From positions 1 to 64,000 of the IMG/VR virus record IMGVR_UViG_3300048583_000034: 64,000 bases of DNA. The stretch is one strand, 5' to 3'. The position numbers were made by a program, and so were the translations under genes. This document shows, piece by piece, positions 31,811 to 38,825 of this stretch. The notes beneath the pieces were generated by a model that was not told where the DNA came from, ran no database searches, and saw only the letters and a list, made by a program, of their open reading frames with translations. Source of the stretch: a virus. How positions within the stretch are numbered: the first letter of the stretch is position 1; each line of letters begins with the position of its first letter.

Positions 31811-31838
31811 ACCTCCTTACAAACTAAGGAGGTTTTTT
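31811..31838 (+). terminator. Intrinsic terminator or attenuator inside the tRNA region
   Basis: ACCTCCTTA-CAAAC-TAAGGAGGT-TTTTT. Confidence 0.75.
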
Positions 31839-32044
31839 ATTAGAAAGGTTAAAACATATCCAGAATGGCTCACGACGAGGGATTGCCAAAAAACAAAAGC
31901 CCAAGAGTTCACTGAAATGTGACATCAAATTTTAAAAAACTTGGTATAATAACCAAAAAATAATATCGTGACGGGTGAACGAACGACGATAATAACGTAT
32001 AAGAAAAGTTCAATCACCGGGAAGCAGGGAAGTTACTGCACAAT

Positions 32045-32115
32045 GATGCCATCGTCTAATGGTCGGACATCCGCTTTTCAAGCGGCGAATCGGGATTCGA
32101 TTTCCCGTGGCATTA
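32045..32115 (+). tRNA. tRNA-Glu(TTC)
   Basis: Cloverleaf folded by eye. Confidence 0.88.
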
Positions 32116-32121
32116 CTTAAT

Positions 32122-32196
32122 AGCAGATAGGACAAGATGGTTAGTCGCCGCGCTCATAACGCGGAATTCTGGAGGGTTCAAGCACCTCGTCTGCAA
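32122..32196 (+). tRNA. tRNA(CAT), initiator-like (A1:A72 mismatch)
   Basis: CCGCG-CTCATAA-CGCGG. Confidence 0.82.
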
Positions 32197-32246
32197 CAAA
32201 CGTGGTCAATGGAGCATTTATATCTCTGATATAACTAAATAGTAGT

Positions 32247-32900
32247 ATGCGATACACCATTTATCAAATCACCAATTTAATCAATAATAAAATTTATATT
32301 GGGAAACACCAAACCATTGATCCAAATGATAATTATTTCGGGTCCGGGAAATATATTAAAGATGCGATTAAAAAACATGGGAGAAATAATTTCATAAAAA
32401 CTATTTTACATGATTTCGACACAGAGTATGAAATGAATTTAATGGAAAAAGAATTGATCACAGAAGAATTTGTTCTTCGAAAAGATACATATAATCTTGG
32501 AATTGGTGGTGAAGGTGGTCCACATTTTAAGGGAAGAACACACACTATGGAATCTATAATCAAAGCAAGAGAAACTAAAAAACAAAATGGTATTCCAGTT
32601 TCTTCTGTAACGAGAGAAAAATTATCAAAAGCTTTGAAGCATAGAGTCATAAGTGATGAACATAAGCAGAAATTGTCGGAAGCCGCAAAAAGAAATGCTT
32701 CGGATGGCATCTATAAAGGTAAATTAATCATCGAAACACGAGAATTGTGGCGTCAATTTGAGTCATCTGGCTACACATCAATCAGACAATTTGCTAAAAG
32801 TATTAGCATGAGCCATAATGCTTTAGCGTCTAGATTCAAAACTTATATTCCAGAATTTAAACCAGTATCAAATAAAGCTTATAAACAAAATGCGCGGTAG
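32247..32900 (+). CDS. GIY-YIG/NUMOD3 homing endonuclease
   Basis: IYQITNLINNKIYIGKH, YFGSG and YNLGIGGEG motifs. Confidence 0.88.
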   Translation: MRYTIYQITNLINNKIYIGKHQTIDPNDNYFGSGKYIKDAIKKHGRNNFIKTILHDFDTEYEMNLMEKELITEEFVLRKDTYNLGIGGEGGPHFKGRTHTMESIIKARETKKQNGIPVSSVTREKLSKALKHRVISDEHKQKLSEAAKRNASDGIYKGKLIIETRELWRQFESSGYTSIRQFAKSISMSHNALASRFKTYIPEFKPVSNKAYKQNAR

Positions 32901-32962
32901 AGCAGTGGTAGCTTAACACCCTCATAAGGTGGAGGTCGTTGGTTCGAATCCAACCTGCGCGT
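32891..32962 (+). tRNA. tRNA(CAT) (Met/fMet/Ile2 unresolved)
   Basis: Cloverleaf; overlaps the stop of the upstream gene. Confidence 0.85.
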
Positions 32963-32969
32963 CTATAAT

Positions 32970-33044
32970 TGGAGGGTGGCCAAGTCTGGTAAGGCAGTGC
33001 CTTCATACGGCAAAGATGCAAGGGTTCGAATCCCTTTCCTCCTA
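32970..33044 (+). tRNA. tRNA(CAT) (Met/fMet/Ile2 unresolved)
   Basis: TGCC-TTCATAC-GGCA; T1:T72 mismatch. Confidence 0.82.
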
Positions 33045-33062
33045 CAGAATAAAACCAATATT

Positions 33063-33197
33063 ATGAAACTAACATTCCACAAATCAACCGACACAAAATA
33101 CAGATTCGCATTCTGGGACAGAATTTGTCACCTTGACGGAACAGTAATCAGACAAATAAGATGGAGTAAATACATACTCGGCTTTGTATTTAGATAG
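33063..33197 (+). CDS. Small hypothetical protein
   Basis: MKLTFHKS...; trimmed to exclude the tRNA overlap. Confidence 0.4.
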   Translation: MKLTFHKSTDTKYRFAFWDRICHLDGTVIRQIRWSKYILGFVFR

Positions 33198-33209
33198 ACA
33201 ATTTAATAT

Positions 33210-33295
33210 GTATCACTAAAGTCGGCGGCATCCGATAGCGAGACTGTAAATCTCGTCCTTAAATGGGAGTGGATCGACACCACAGGGGTACACCA
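33210..33295 (+). tRNA. tRNA-Tyr(GTA), atypical
   Basis: GCGAGA-CTGTAAA-TCTCGT; T-loop ATCGACA; encoded CCA. Confidence 0.72.
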
Positions 33296-33505
33296 TGATG
33301 AAGTGGCTACTTGGAGTAGCTGGTTCCTGATTCCCACTCGAAAATCAGGCTTCTTAAACTTATGCAAATAAGATTCTGATGAATGCTTAATGGAGAAAAT
33401 AGTCACCTAGTAAAGGTAGATAGCAAATCCAACAGGAAAATGGTAGCCTGAAACAAAAGACCTTAGACGGCTCGAATTCGTTCTTCATCGCTAGTATAAA
33501 ATAAA

Positions 33506-33580
33506 ACCTAGTAACGCACCGGGCGTGCGGCCATCCTGTTAAGTTGTGTGAGTGTGGTTCGAGTCCACAACTAGGTGCCA
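33506..33580 (+). tRNA. tRNA-Asn(GTT)
   Basis: ACCTAGT/ACTAGGT-GCCA; weak anticodon stem. Confidence 0.78.
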
Positions 33581-33628
33581 TAGGGTCGTCAGGATACATA
33601 ACGACATGAAACAAATATGTATTAATAA

Positions 33629-33707
33629 CTTGGTGTGGGAAAGTCTGGTTTAATCCGCTTCTTTTGGAAAGAAGAGACCGTTGGTTCGAATCCAACCACT
33701 GAGACCA
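33629..33707 (+). tRNA. tRNA-Pro(TGG)
   Basis: Cloverleaf with CCA. Confidence 0.9.
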
Positions 33708-33753
33708 TATACGATAGGTGTAGATAATACACAGTTCGAGACTAAATAAGAAT

Positions 33754-34329
33754 GTGAGAGAAAAAATTTTACATCTTAGAGAATTGGGATATTCGTACAA
33801 TAAAATTGTCGATGAATTAAAATGTTCTAAATCCACCGTATCATATTACTGTGGGGAGAAACAACTTGAAAAAACTAATAAAAGAAAACAAAATAATAGG
33901 AACGGTATCAAGAAACTAAAAATAGTAAAACACTGCTTGTCCTGTGATAAACGATTAACAAATAATCGATGCGATTATTGTGATAATAAATGCCATCATG
34001 ATTTTATATATAAAAATTATATATTAGATTGGAAAGATGGAAAGACGAGTGGATCTATCAAAGATGGTTCCGGTGTATCAAAACACATTAGAAGATATTT
34101 ATTTGAGTTACATAATAGCAAATGTTCTAGATGTGGGTGGGACACACCAAATCCCCATATTGGGAAAGTAATACTTGAAGTAGAGCATATAGATGGTAAT
34201 TCTGAAAATAATACCGAGTCAAATCTAGATTTGATATGTCCTAATTGTCACTCCCTGACACCAACTTACAAAGCATTAAATTCTGGTAACGGTAATAAAA
34301 AGAGATTAGAGTATAATAGATTGATTTAA
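33754..34329 (+). CDS. HNH endonuclease with N-terminal HTH
   Basis: CSRCG, LEVEHIDGN..NN...NL..ICPNCH. Confidence 0.88.
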   Translation: MREKILHLRELGYSYNKIVDELKCSKSTVSYYCGEKQLEKTNKRKQNNRNGIKKLKIVKHCLSCDKRLTNNRCDYCDNKCHHDFIYKNYILDWKDGKTSGSIKDGSGVSKHIRRYLFELHNSKCSRCGWDTPNPHIGKVILEVEHIDGNSENNTESNLDLICPNCHSLTPTYKALNSGNGNKKRLEYNRLI

Positions 34330-34331
34330 TC

Positions 34332-34406
34332 CGGGGCGAAGCTTAGGTGGCGAAGCACATGGCTTTTAACCATGAGAGGGGAGTTCAAGCCTCCACGCCC
34401 TGACCA
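34332..34406 (+). tRNA. tRNA-Lys(TTT)
   Basis: Cloverleaf with CCA. Confidence 0.88.
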
Positions 34407-34409
34407 TAA

Positions 34410-34485
34410 CCGAGAGTAGCATAACTGGTTAATGTCCCCGACTGTGAATCGGGCCAATGAAGTTCAAGTCTTCACTCGCGGACCA
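34410..34485 (+). tRNA. tRNA-His(GTG), lacking G-1/C73
   Basis: CCCGA-CTGTGAA-TCGGG; A73-CCA. Confidence 0.85.
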
Positions 34486-34520
34486 CTTGACTTTATAAAA
34501 CACTAGAGTATCATAAGTCC

Positions 34521-34709
34521 ATGACAATTTCATTCGACCCTATTTGGATACCGTCAATCATATCAATATTCATGGTGATATATGCGATGGCTTCTTGGGT
34601 AAATTATGACGGGTGGTTCTCTGGAGTGTTTGAAGTTATCTTCTTCCTTATAGGACTTCCTATAGTTTGGTTAGGATACTTCACAATTTTATACTTCACA
34701 ACAAAATGA
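34521..34709 (+). CDS. Small two-TM membrane protein
   Basis: Hydrophobic; follows the CACTAG-box promoter at 34487-34514. Confidence 0.6.
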   Translation: MTISFDPIWIPSIISIFMVIYAMASWVNYDGWFSGVFEVIFFLIGLPIVWLGYFTILYFTTK

Positions 34710-35082
34710 GAGTTTTAGTAAAACAAACAGATATCGGAGTAGCGGGGTATTCATGGAAAATACCCCACTATATACGCTTCAAAACTTACGCAATATTTAA
34801 AGGTTTATGGTGATGGTGTCGAATTCGATATAATCATGAGGTCTGCAAATGGGTTTCGTTTCCCCATGGATTGTGATTTGGATATCGAATTTAAAATAAC
34901 CGCAACACCAAAAATACCAAATCCAACAATAAAATAAATTTCCCTTCCCACATGTCGGGTGGTGGGCTTGAAGTATGATAATAATTATCTGTAAATCTTC
35001 TATCGCTTGGGCATATTGAAAGCAATCCGAAACGGCTCACTCTCTAGCTAAAAGGTTCTGATCAAACTGATTGAGAGAAATT

Positions 35083-35156
35083 GCGTCATAAGTGTTACGG
35101 TAGCACATCTGACTTCCACTCAGAGAGCGTGGTTTCGACTACCACATGACGCACCA
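35083..35156 (+). tRNA. tRNA-Gly(TCC)
   Basis: Cloverleaf with CCA. Confidence 0.9.
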
Positions 35157-35328
35157 GTAAATCGTAGGCTAGTGAATAGTCATCGAAACAGATAAGATAG
35201 GATTCTCAGTCATCACTGGCTTTCTCCTCGCAGGGAACTTTAAATGATACTCGTCTCCGTTCTCAAAAGCTCACTGTCGCAGTAGGTTCGCAACCCTGTA
35301 TGTTAGCGGTTAATTTTGAGCGGTTTAC
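35157..35328 (+). ncRNA. Unidentified structured RNA
   Basis: Closing stem GTAAATCG/CGGTTTAC; GGCTAGTGA/TCACTGGCT and CTCAAAA/TTTTGAG helices. Confidence 0.55.
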
Positions 35329-35333
35329 TAAAC

Positions 35334-35404
35334 GCCTTGTTCGTATAACGGTATTACAGTGGATTTGTAATCCTCTAACGTGAGTTCGACTCTCACACTC
35401 GGCT
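35334..35404 (+). tRNA. tRNA-Thr(TGT)
   Basis: Cloverleaf; two acceptor mismatches. Confidence 0.8.
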
Positions 35405-35425
35405 CTGTAAGTGATTGATAATAAA

Positions 35426-35501
35426 TGGGGTGTAGCTCAGTGGTTAGAGCAATCGGTTGATAACCGATAGGCCGACAGTTCAAATCTGTCCACCCCAACC
35501 A
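35426..35501 (+). tRNA. tRNA-Ile(GAT)
   Basis: Canonical cloverleaf with CCA. Confidence 0.93.
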
Positions 35502-35503
35502 AA

Positions 35504-35577
35504 GGAACATTAGCATAGTGGCTTAATGCACCTGCCTGTCGAGCAGGATATCGTCGGTTCGAATCCGTCATGTTTCG
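35504..35577 (+). tRNA. tRNA-Asp(GTC)
   Basis: Cloverleaf. Confidence 0.9.
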
Positions 35578-35583
35578 CATAAT

Positions 35584-35639
35584 GGGGCTATAGTTTAGCG
35601 GTAAAACTCTGGATCTGCTTGCAAAGTTAGTCTGCCCCA
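35584..35639 (+). pseudogene. Truncated tRNA-Ala-like remnant (no T-arm)
   Basis: GGGGCTATAGTTTAGCGGTAAAAC 5' half, CTTGCAA, then GCCCCA. Confidence 0.55.
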
Positions 35640-35645
35640 CTAAAT

Positions 35646-36191
35646 ATGTATATGGAAGATTTATTCTTTATACAGAACGGTGTCAGAAGACGAGCAAAAG
35701 AAATTGAATGTGGTCATTGTAAAAATAAATTTCTTACTAGATTAAACGCAGATACAAAATACTGTAGCAGAACTTGTAATGGTGCTAGTATCAAAACTTC
35801 GATAGAGTTGGAATGCTACGAATGCAAAAAGAAATTTGAACGAAATAAATATAAAGCCGAAAATGCCAGTAAACATAACTTTCATTTCTGTTCTCGTTTA
35901 TGTAAAGAAAAAGCACAGAGTTTAAAAGGTTCATGTATAGAAATAAGACCGCCCCATTATGGTGAAGGAAACGGGAAAAATTCATACAGAAAGTTGGCAT
36001 TTAAATCTTTTGAGCATAAATGTAATAGGTGTGGATATAATAAAATTGTTGAAGTTTTACAGGTCCATCACAAAGATAAAAATAGAGAACATAATGTAGT
36101 AGAAAATTTAGAGATATTATGTCCGACTTGTCACATGGAATTCCATTTCATTGATTCGAGTGGGCTATGGGGGATGGGATTGCTGGGGTGA
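35646..36191 (+). CDS. HNH endonuclease with zinc fingers
   Basis: YCSRTC, FCSRLC and LQVHHKDKN..HN..ENL.ILCPTCH motifs. Confidence 0.88.
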   Translation: MYMEDLFFIQNGVRRRAKEIECGHCKNKFLTRLNADTKYCSRTCNGASIKTSIELECYECKKKFERNKYKAENASKHNFHFCSRLCKEKAQSLKGSCIEIRPPHYGEGNGKNSYRKLAFKSFEHKCNRCGYNKIVEVLQVHHKDKNREHNVVENLEILCPTCHMEFHFIDSSGLWGMGLLG

Positions 36192-36245
36192 ACACCTCAT
36201 TTGCAATGAGGCATCAGATGGGTTCGATTCCCATATCCTCCACCA
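36169..36245 (+). tRNA. tRNA-Ala(TGC)
   Basis: G3:U70, CCTCA-TTTGCAA-TGAGG, CCA; unusual D-arm. Confidence 0.85.
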
Positions 36246-36332
36246 TATGAAAAGAAGAGGATTTATAGGAAGTTTAATTGGTTGTATCGGTATTCCGTTT
36301 CTTCCGAAGGAAACAAAAAGCCAGTCTATGAA

Positions 36333-36482
36333 ATGGAGATACCATCAATTAATATTGATGGTAGACCACGTAAATTGAAGGCTAATTGGGGAGTAGATAT
36401 CGAGAAAGACTTGATGTTGATGATGAGTATAGATATACAACAAGAGATAGATCGAGAGATAATTAATAAAATGGCTGGGTAG
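36333..36482 (+). CDS. Short gp23-like (major capsid fragment) peptide
   Basis: RKLKANW.VDIEKDL...IQQEIDREII matches this genome's gp23 segment RRLATRWSIELEQDI...IQAEIDREVV. Confidence 0.65.
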   Translation: MEIPSINIDGRPRKLKANWGVDIEKDLMLMMSIDIQQEIDREIINKMAG

Positions 36483-36546
36483 ACCAACGGTAGGAGTCAA
36501 GGGTCTTAGAAGCCCTCCAGTGTCGGTTCGAATCCGACCCCAGCTA
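36473..36546 (+). tRNA. tRNA-Leu(TAG), short variable arm
   Basis: AGGGT-CTTAGAA-GCCCT. Confidence 0.87.
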
Positions 36547-36551
36547 CATAA

Positions 36552-36623
36552 CCACTCTAAGCTTTAATGGTGAAGCGACTGTCTGAAGAACAGTAAAAGT
36601 CGATTCGAGCACGACAGAGTGGA
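36552..36623 (+). tRNA. tRNA-Phe(GAA)
   Basis: CCACTCT/AGAGTGG; ACTGT-CTGAAGA-ACAGT. Confidence 0.85.
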
Positions 36624-36627
36624 CATC

Positions 36628-36807
36628 ATGACAGCAACATTCGCAGTTAATTTTTGTGATAACGAAGGATATGTTATCGACAATGGTGTGTTCGTATTTT
36701 GTAACGATGATATTATATTAAAATTTGTGAATAGTGATGAATTGAAAGCCTTTGGAGAAAGATGTATTAAAATGTCAGAAGAAATTTACGAAACATACAA
36801 ATATTAA
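36628..36807 (+). CDS. Small hypothetical protein
   Basis: ORF track; ATG after tRNA-Phe. Confidence 0.5.
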   Translation: MTATFAVNFCDNEGYVIDNGVFVFCNDDIILKFVNSDELKAFGERCIKMSEEIYETYKY

Positions 36808-36810
36808 ACT

Positions 36811-37074
36811 ATGAAACTAGGAGATTTTAAAAAGGTTCCAATATCAGAAGCCATAAAAATACCAAGTGTTGGTGGTCATTATGACTTAGTAAAAGATATG
36901 TGGTGGGGCGTGACAGATGACGAATGTATTCTGTATTACAGAGGATATTCTAGGCAATGTAACAGAAATAAAAGTATCACAGAGTCAATCATAAATTCAG
37001 ACACCCACCCAGCAACCAAGGTAATTTTTCTGGAGAGTGTTTGGGAGAAACATGATTGTAAAGATTACGAATAA
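36811..37074 (+). CDS. Hypothetical protein
   Basis: ORF track. Confidence 0.6.
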   Translation: MKLGDFKKVPISEAIKIPSVGGHYDLVKDMWWGVTDDECILYYRGYSRQCNRNKSITESIINSDTHPATKVIFLESVWEKHDCKDYE

Positions 37075-37147
37075 GGATCGTTAGTAGACTGGATTATAAC
37101 GTCTCTTTACGAAGGAGAAAAAAATGGTTCGATTCCATTACGGTCCA
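37075..37147 (+). tRNA. tRNA-Arg(ACG)
   Basis: TCTCT-TTACGAA-GGAGA. Confidence 0.85.
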
Positions 37148-37167
37148 CAATTGGGGATTGATGTAAT

Positions 37168-37242
37168 TGATGCGTAGTGTAACGGTTTAGCACCAGTGGT
37201 TTTGAACCACTTAGAGTATGGGTTCGATTCCCACCGCATCTA
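37168..37242 (+). tRNA. tRNA-Gln(TTG)
   Basis: AGTGG-TTTTGAA-CCACT; 1:72 mismatch. Confidence 0.87.
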
Positions 37243-37244
37243 CT

Positions 37245-37976
37245 TTACCCCCAATACCCTCTGGGTGGTTTGGTCAACCCTAATTTCTTAATATGTTTCT
37301 CAACAGCTTTATCGCTAACCCCTAATTCCTTCGCTATCTTAGTTGTTGGTTTACTCCACAATAATGATTTTAATTCCTCTGAGGAGGGCCAAATTATCTT
37401 TTCTCTTTTGGGGCCACGGCATTTGTTGCAAGACGTTGATAGTTTATGTTTTTTCTCACCACAATCACATAAAGTAATTTTCTTATTTTTTTTGCCAGCA
37501 TATGAAGAAGTTTGTGTATGACAATTTGGACAAAGAAAACACAAGTTTTCTAAACGGTTATCGTTCGATATTCCATTTATATGTTCCAGTTGTAATGATA
37601 GTTGTTCGCCTAACCAAGATCCATCGTTGGAACATTTAACACATTTATAATCTACCAATTCAAATTTTACTAAATAAAGTTTAAGATTATATCTATTTCT
37701 TTCAGAGTTTTCAACCAACCAATTTTTAATAAAGTCTTCTTTTGACAATTCTCTCGTAAGATTCGATGCGTCTATTCTGGAAAGAAAATGAGAAGTTTCT
37801 AGATTCAGCTCAGATACTCTCTTTTTAACAATATGGAAGTTGTTTCCTTTGTTCTGTAAACCAAAATAATTCAAAACATCTTTCATGGATTTACTAGTTG
37901 CAACTAATTCGATAAATTTTTCATCTTCTAATTTCCAAATTTTTGATCTCTTCGCTCTTGATTTTATGGTAAGCAT
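37245..37976 (-). CDS. HNH endonuclease
   Basis: LQLEHINGISNDNRLENLCFLCPNCH; C-terminal HTH and PPRGYW. Confidence 0.9.
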   Translation of the reverse strand: MLTIKSRAKRSKIWKLEDEKFIELVATSKSMKDVLNYFGLQNKGNNFHIVKKRVSELNLETSHFLSRIDASNLTRELSKEDFIKNWLVENSERNRYNLKLYLVKFELVDYKCVKCSNDGSWLGEQLSLQLEHINGISNDNRLENLCFLCPNCHTQTSSYAGKKNKKITLCDCGEKKHKLSTSCNKCRGPKREKIIWPSSEELKSLLWSKPTTKIAKELGVSDKAVEKHIKKLGLTKPPRGYWG

Positions 37977-38037
37977 ATGTATATTTAGTTCATCAGTGCT
38001 AACTTGTCAATAAAACACTAGAACATAATCAAATAAA

Positions 38038-38130
38038 GGGTGTGTGGTCGAGTCCGGTTTATGGCACCTCACTTGAAATGAGGCGATGGGGTTAGTATCC
38101 TGTCCGCGAGTTCAAATCTTGCCGCACCCG
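38038..38130 (+). tRNA. tRNA-Ser(TGA)
   Basis: Long variable arm, G73. Confidence 0.9.
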
Positions 38131-38134
38131 CATT

Positions 38135-38350
38135 ATGCTTAACGATAATAATAAGATATATGGTGATCCAAGAAGTGAGGAATCTATGAAACTTATTTCT
38201 AGTTTTCTCATAAAACATCACACAGATAAAGATGAAAATTCTTTGTGGGTGAGATTTAATCAACTGATGGGCAAAGCACACGATCAAGAATTGGATCATA
38301 GGGCAACATGGAACTCATATCTAAGAGTCGTAGAAGAAAAAATGAAATAA
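38135..38350 (+). CDS. Hypothetical protein
   Basis: ORF fills the gap between two tRNAs. Confidence 0.5.
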   Translation: MLNDNNKIYGDPRSEESMKLISSFLIKHHTDKDENSLWVRFNQLMGKAHDQELDHRATWNSYLRVVEEKMK

Positions 38351-38351
38351 A

Positions 38352-38423
38352 GGGGAATTGTTGTAATTGGTAGCAAAACTGGGTTACATCCAGCTAGTAA
38401 GGGTTCAAGTCCTTTATTCCTCA
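38352..38423 (+). tRNA. tRNA-Val(TAC)
   Basis: Cloverleaf. Confidence 0.85.
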
Positions 38424-38424
38424 C

Positions 38425-38540
38425 AAACTAATAACTAGAGAGATCGACTAATCCGGTCGAGAAAATTAACGGAAAAGCTCTGCGGACGATGGTGAACAGT
38501 TGGAATCCTGACGAAAATTTAATGCCCGCATTATTAGTTT
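38425..38540 (+). ncRNA. Unidentified structured RNA (three-way junction)
   Basis: 10-bp AAACTAATAA/TTATTAGTTT; TCGACT/GGTCGA; TGCGG/CCGCA. Confidence 0.55.
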
Positions 38541-38542
38541 AT

Positions 38543-38632
38543 GGAAGTTTGACAGAGTGGTAATGTGCCTACTTGGAAAGTAGAGGCCAACTTTAATAGG
38601 TTGCGGGAGTTCAAATCTCTCAACTTCCGCCA
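38543..38632 (+). tRNA. tRNA-Ser(GGA)
   Basis: Long variable arm, GCCA. Confidence 0.9.
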
Positions 38633-38636
38633 CATT

Positions 38637-38721
38637 GGAAGATTGGCAGAGTGGTAATGCGTCTGGTTGCTAACCAGTAGCCTACCGAAAGGTAGCGGGA
38701 GTTCGATCCTCTCATCTTCCG
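38637..38721 (+). tRNA. tRNA-Ser(GCT)
   Basis: Variable arm CTACC-GAAA-GGTAG. Confidence 0.9.
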
Positions 38722-38750
38722 CATTGTTTTGTGATATGTTTAAAAATAAA

Positions 38751-38822
38751 AGGTCCATCGTATAATGGTTAATACAGAGGCTTCCAACCCCTCTGATCTG
38801 CGTTCGATTCGTAGTGGACCTG
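38751..38822 (+). tRNA. tRNA-Trp(CCA)
   Basis: AGGTCCA/TGGACCT-G. Confidence 0.87.
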
Positions 38823-38825
38823 CTG

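Noticed and set aside
33339-33383. Hammerhead ribozyme (CGAAA ... CTGATGA); also CTGACGA at about 38508
   Set aside because: Stems I-III could not be assembled around the cores
33712-33745. tRNA upstream of the HNH gene at 33754
   Set aside because: Only a GTTCGAGA fragment; no cloverleaf
34940-35080. Possible structured RNA before tRNA-Gly
   Set aside because: Only short local hairpins with no convincing closing stem
33203-38758. ORFs 33203..33406, 33387..33836, 35328..35516, 35437..35640, 38069..38299 and 38534..38758
   Set aside because: Antisense translations of tRNA genes or neighbouring ORFs
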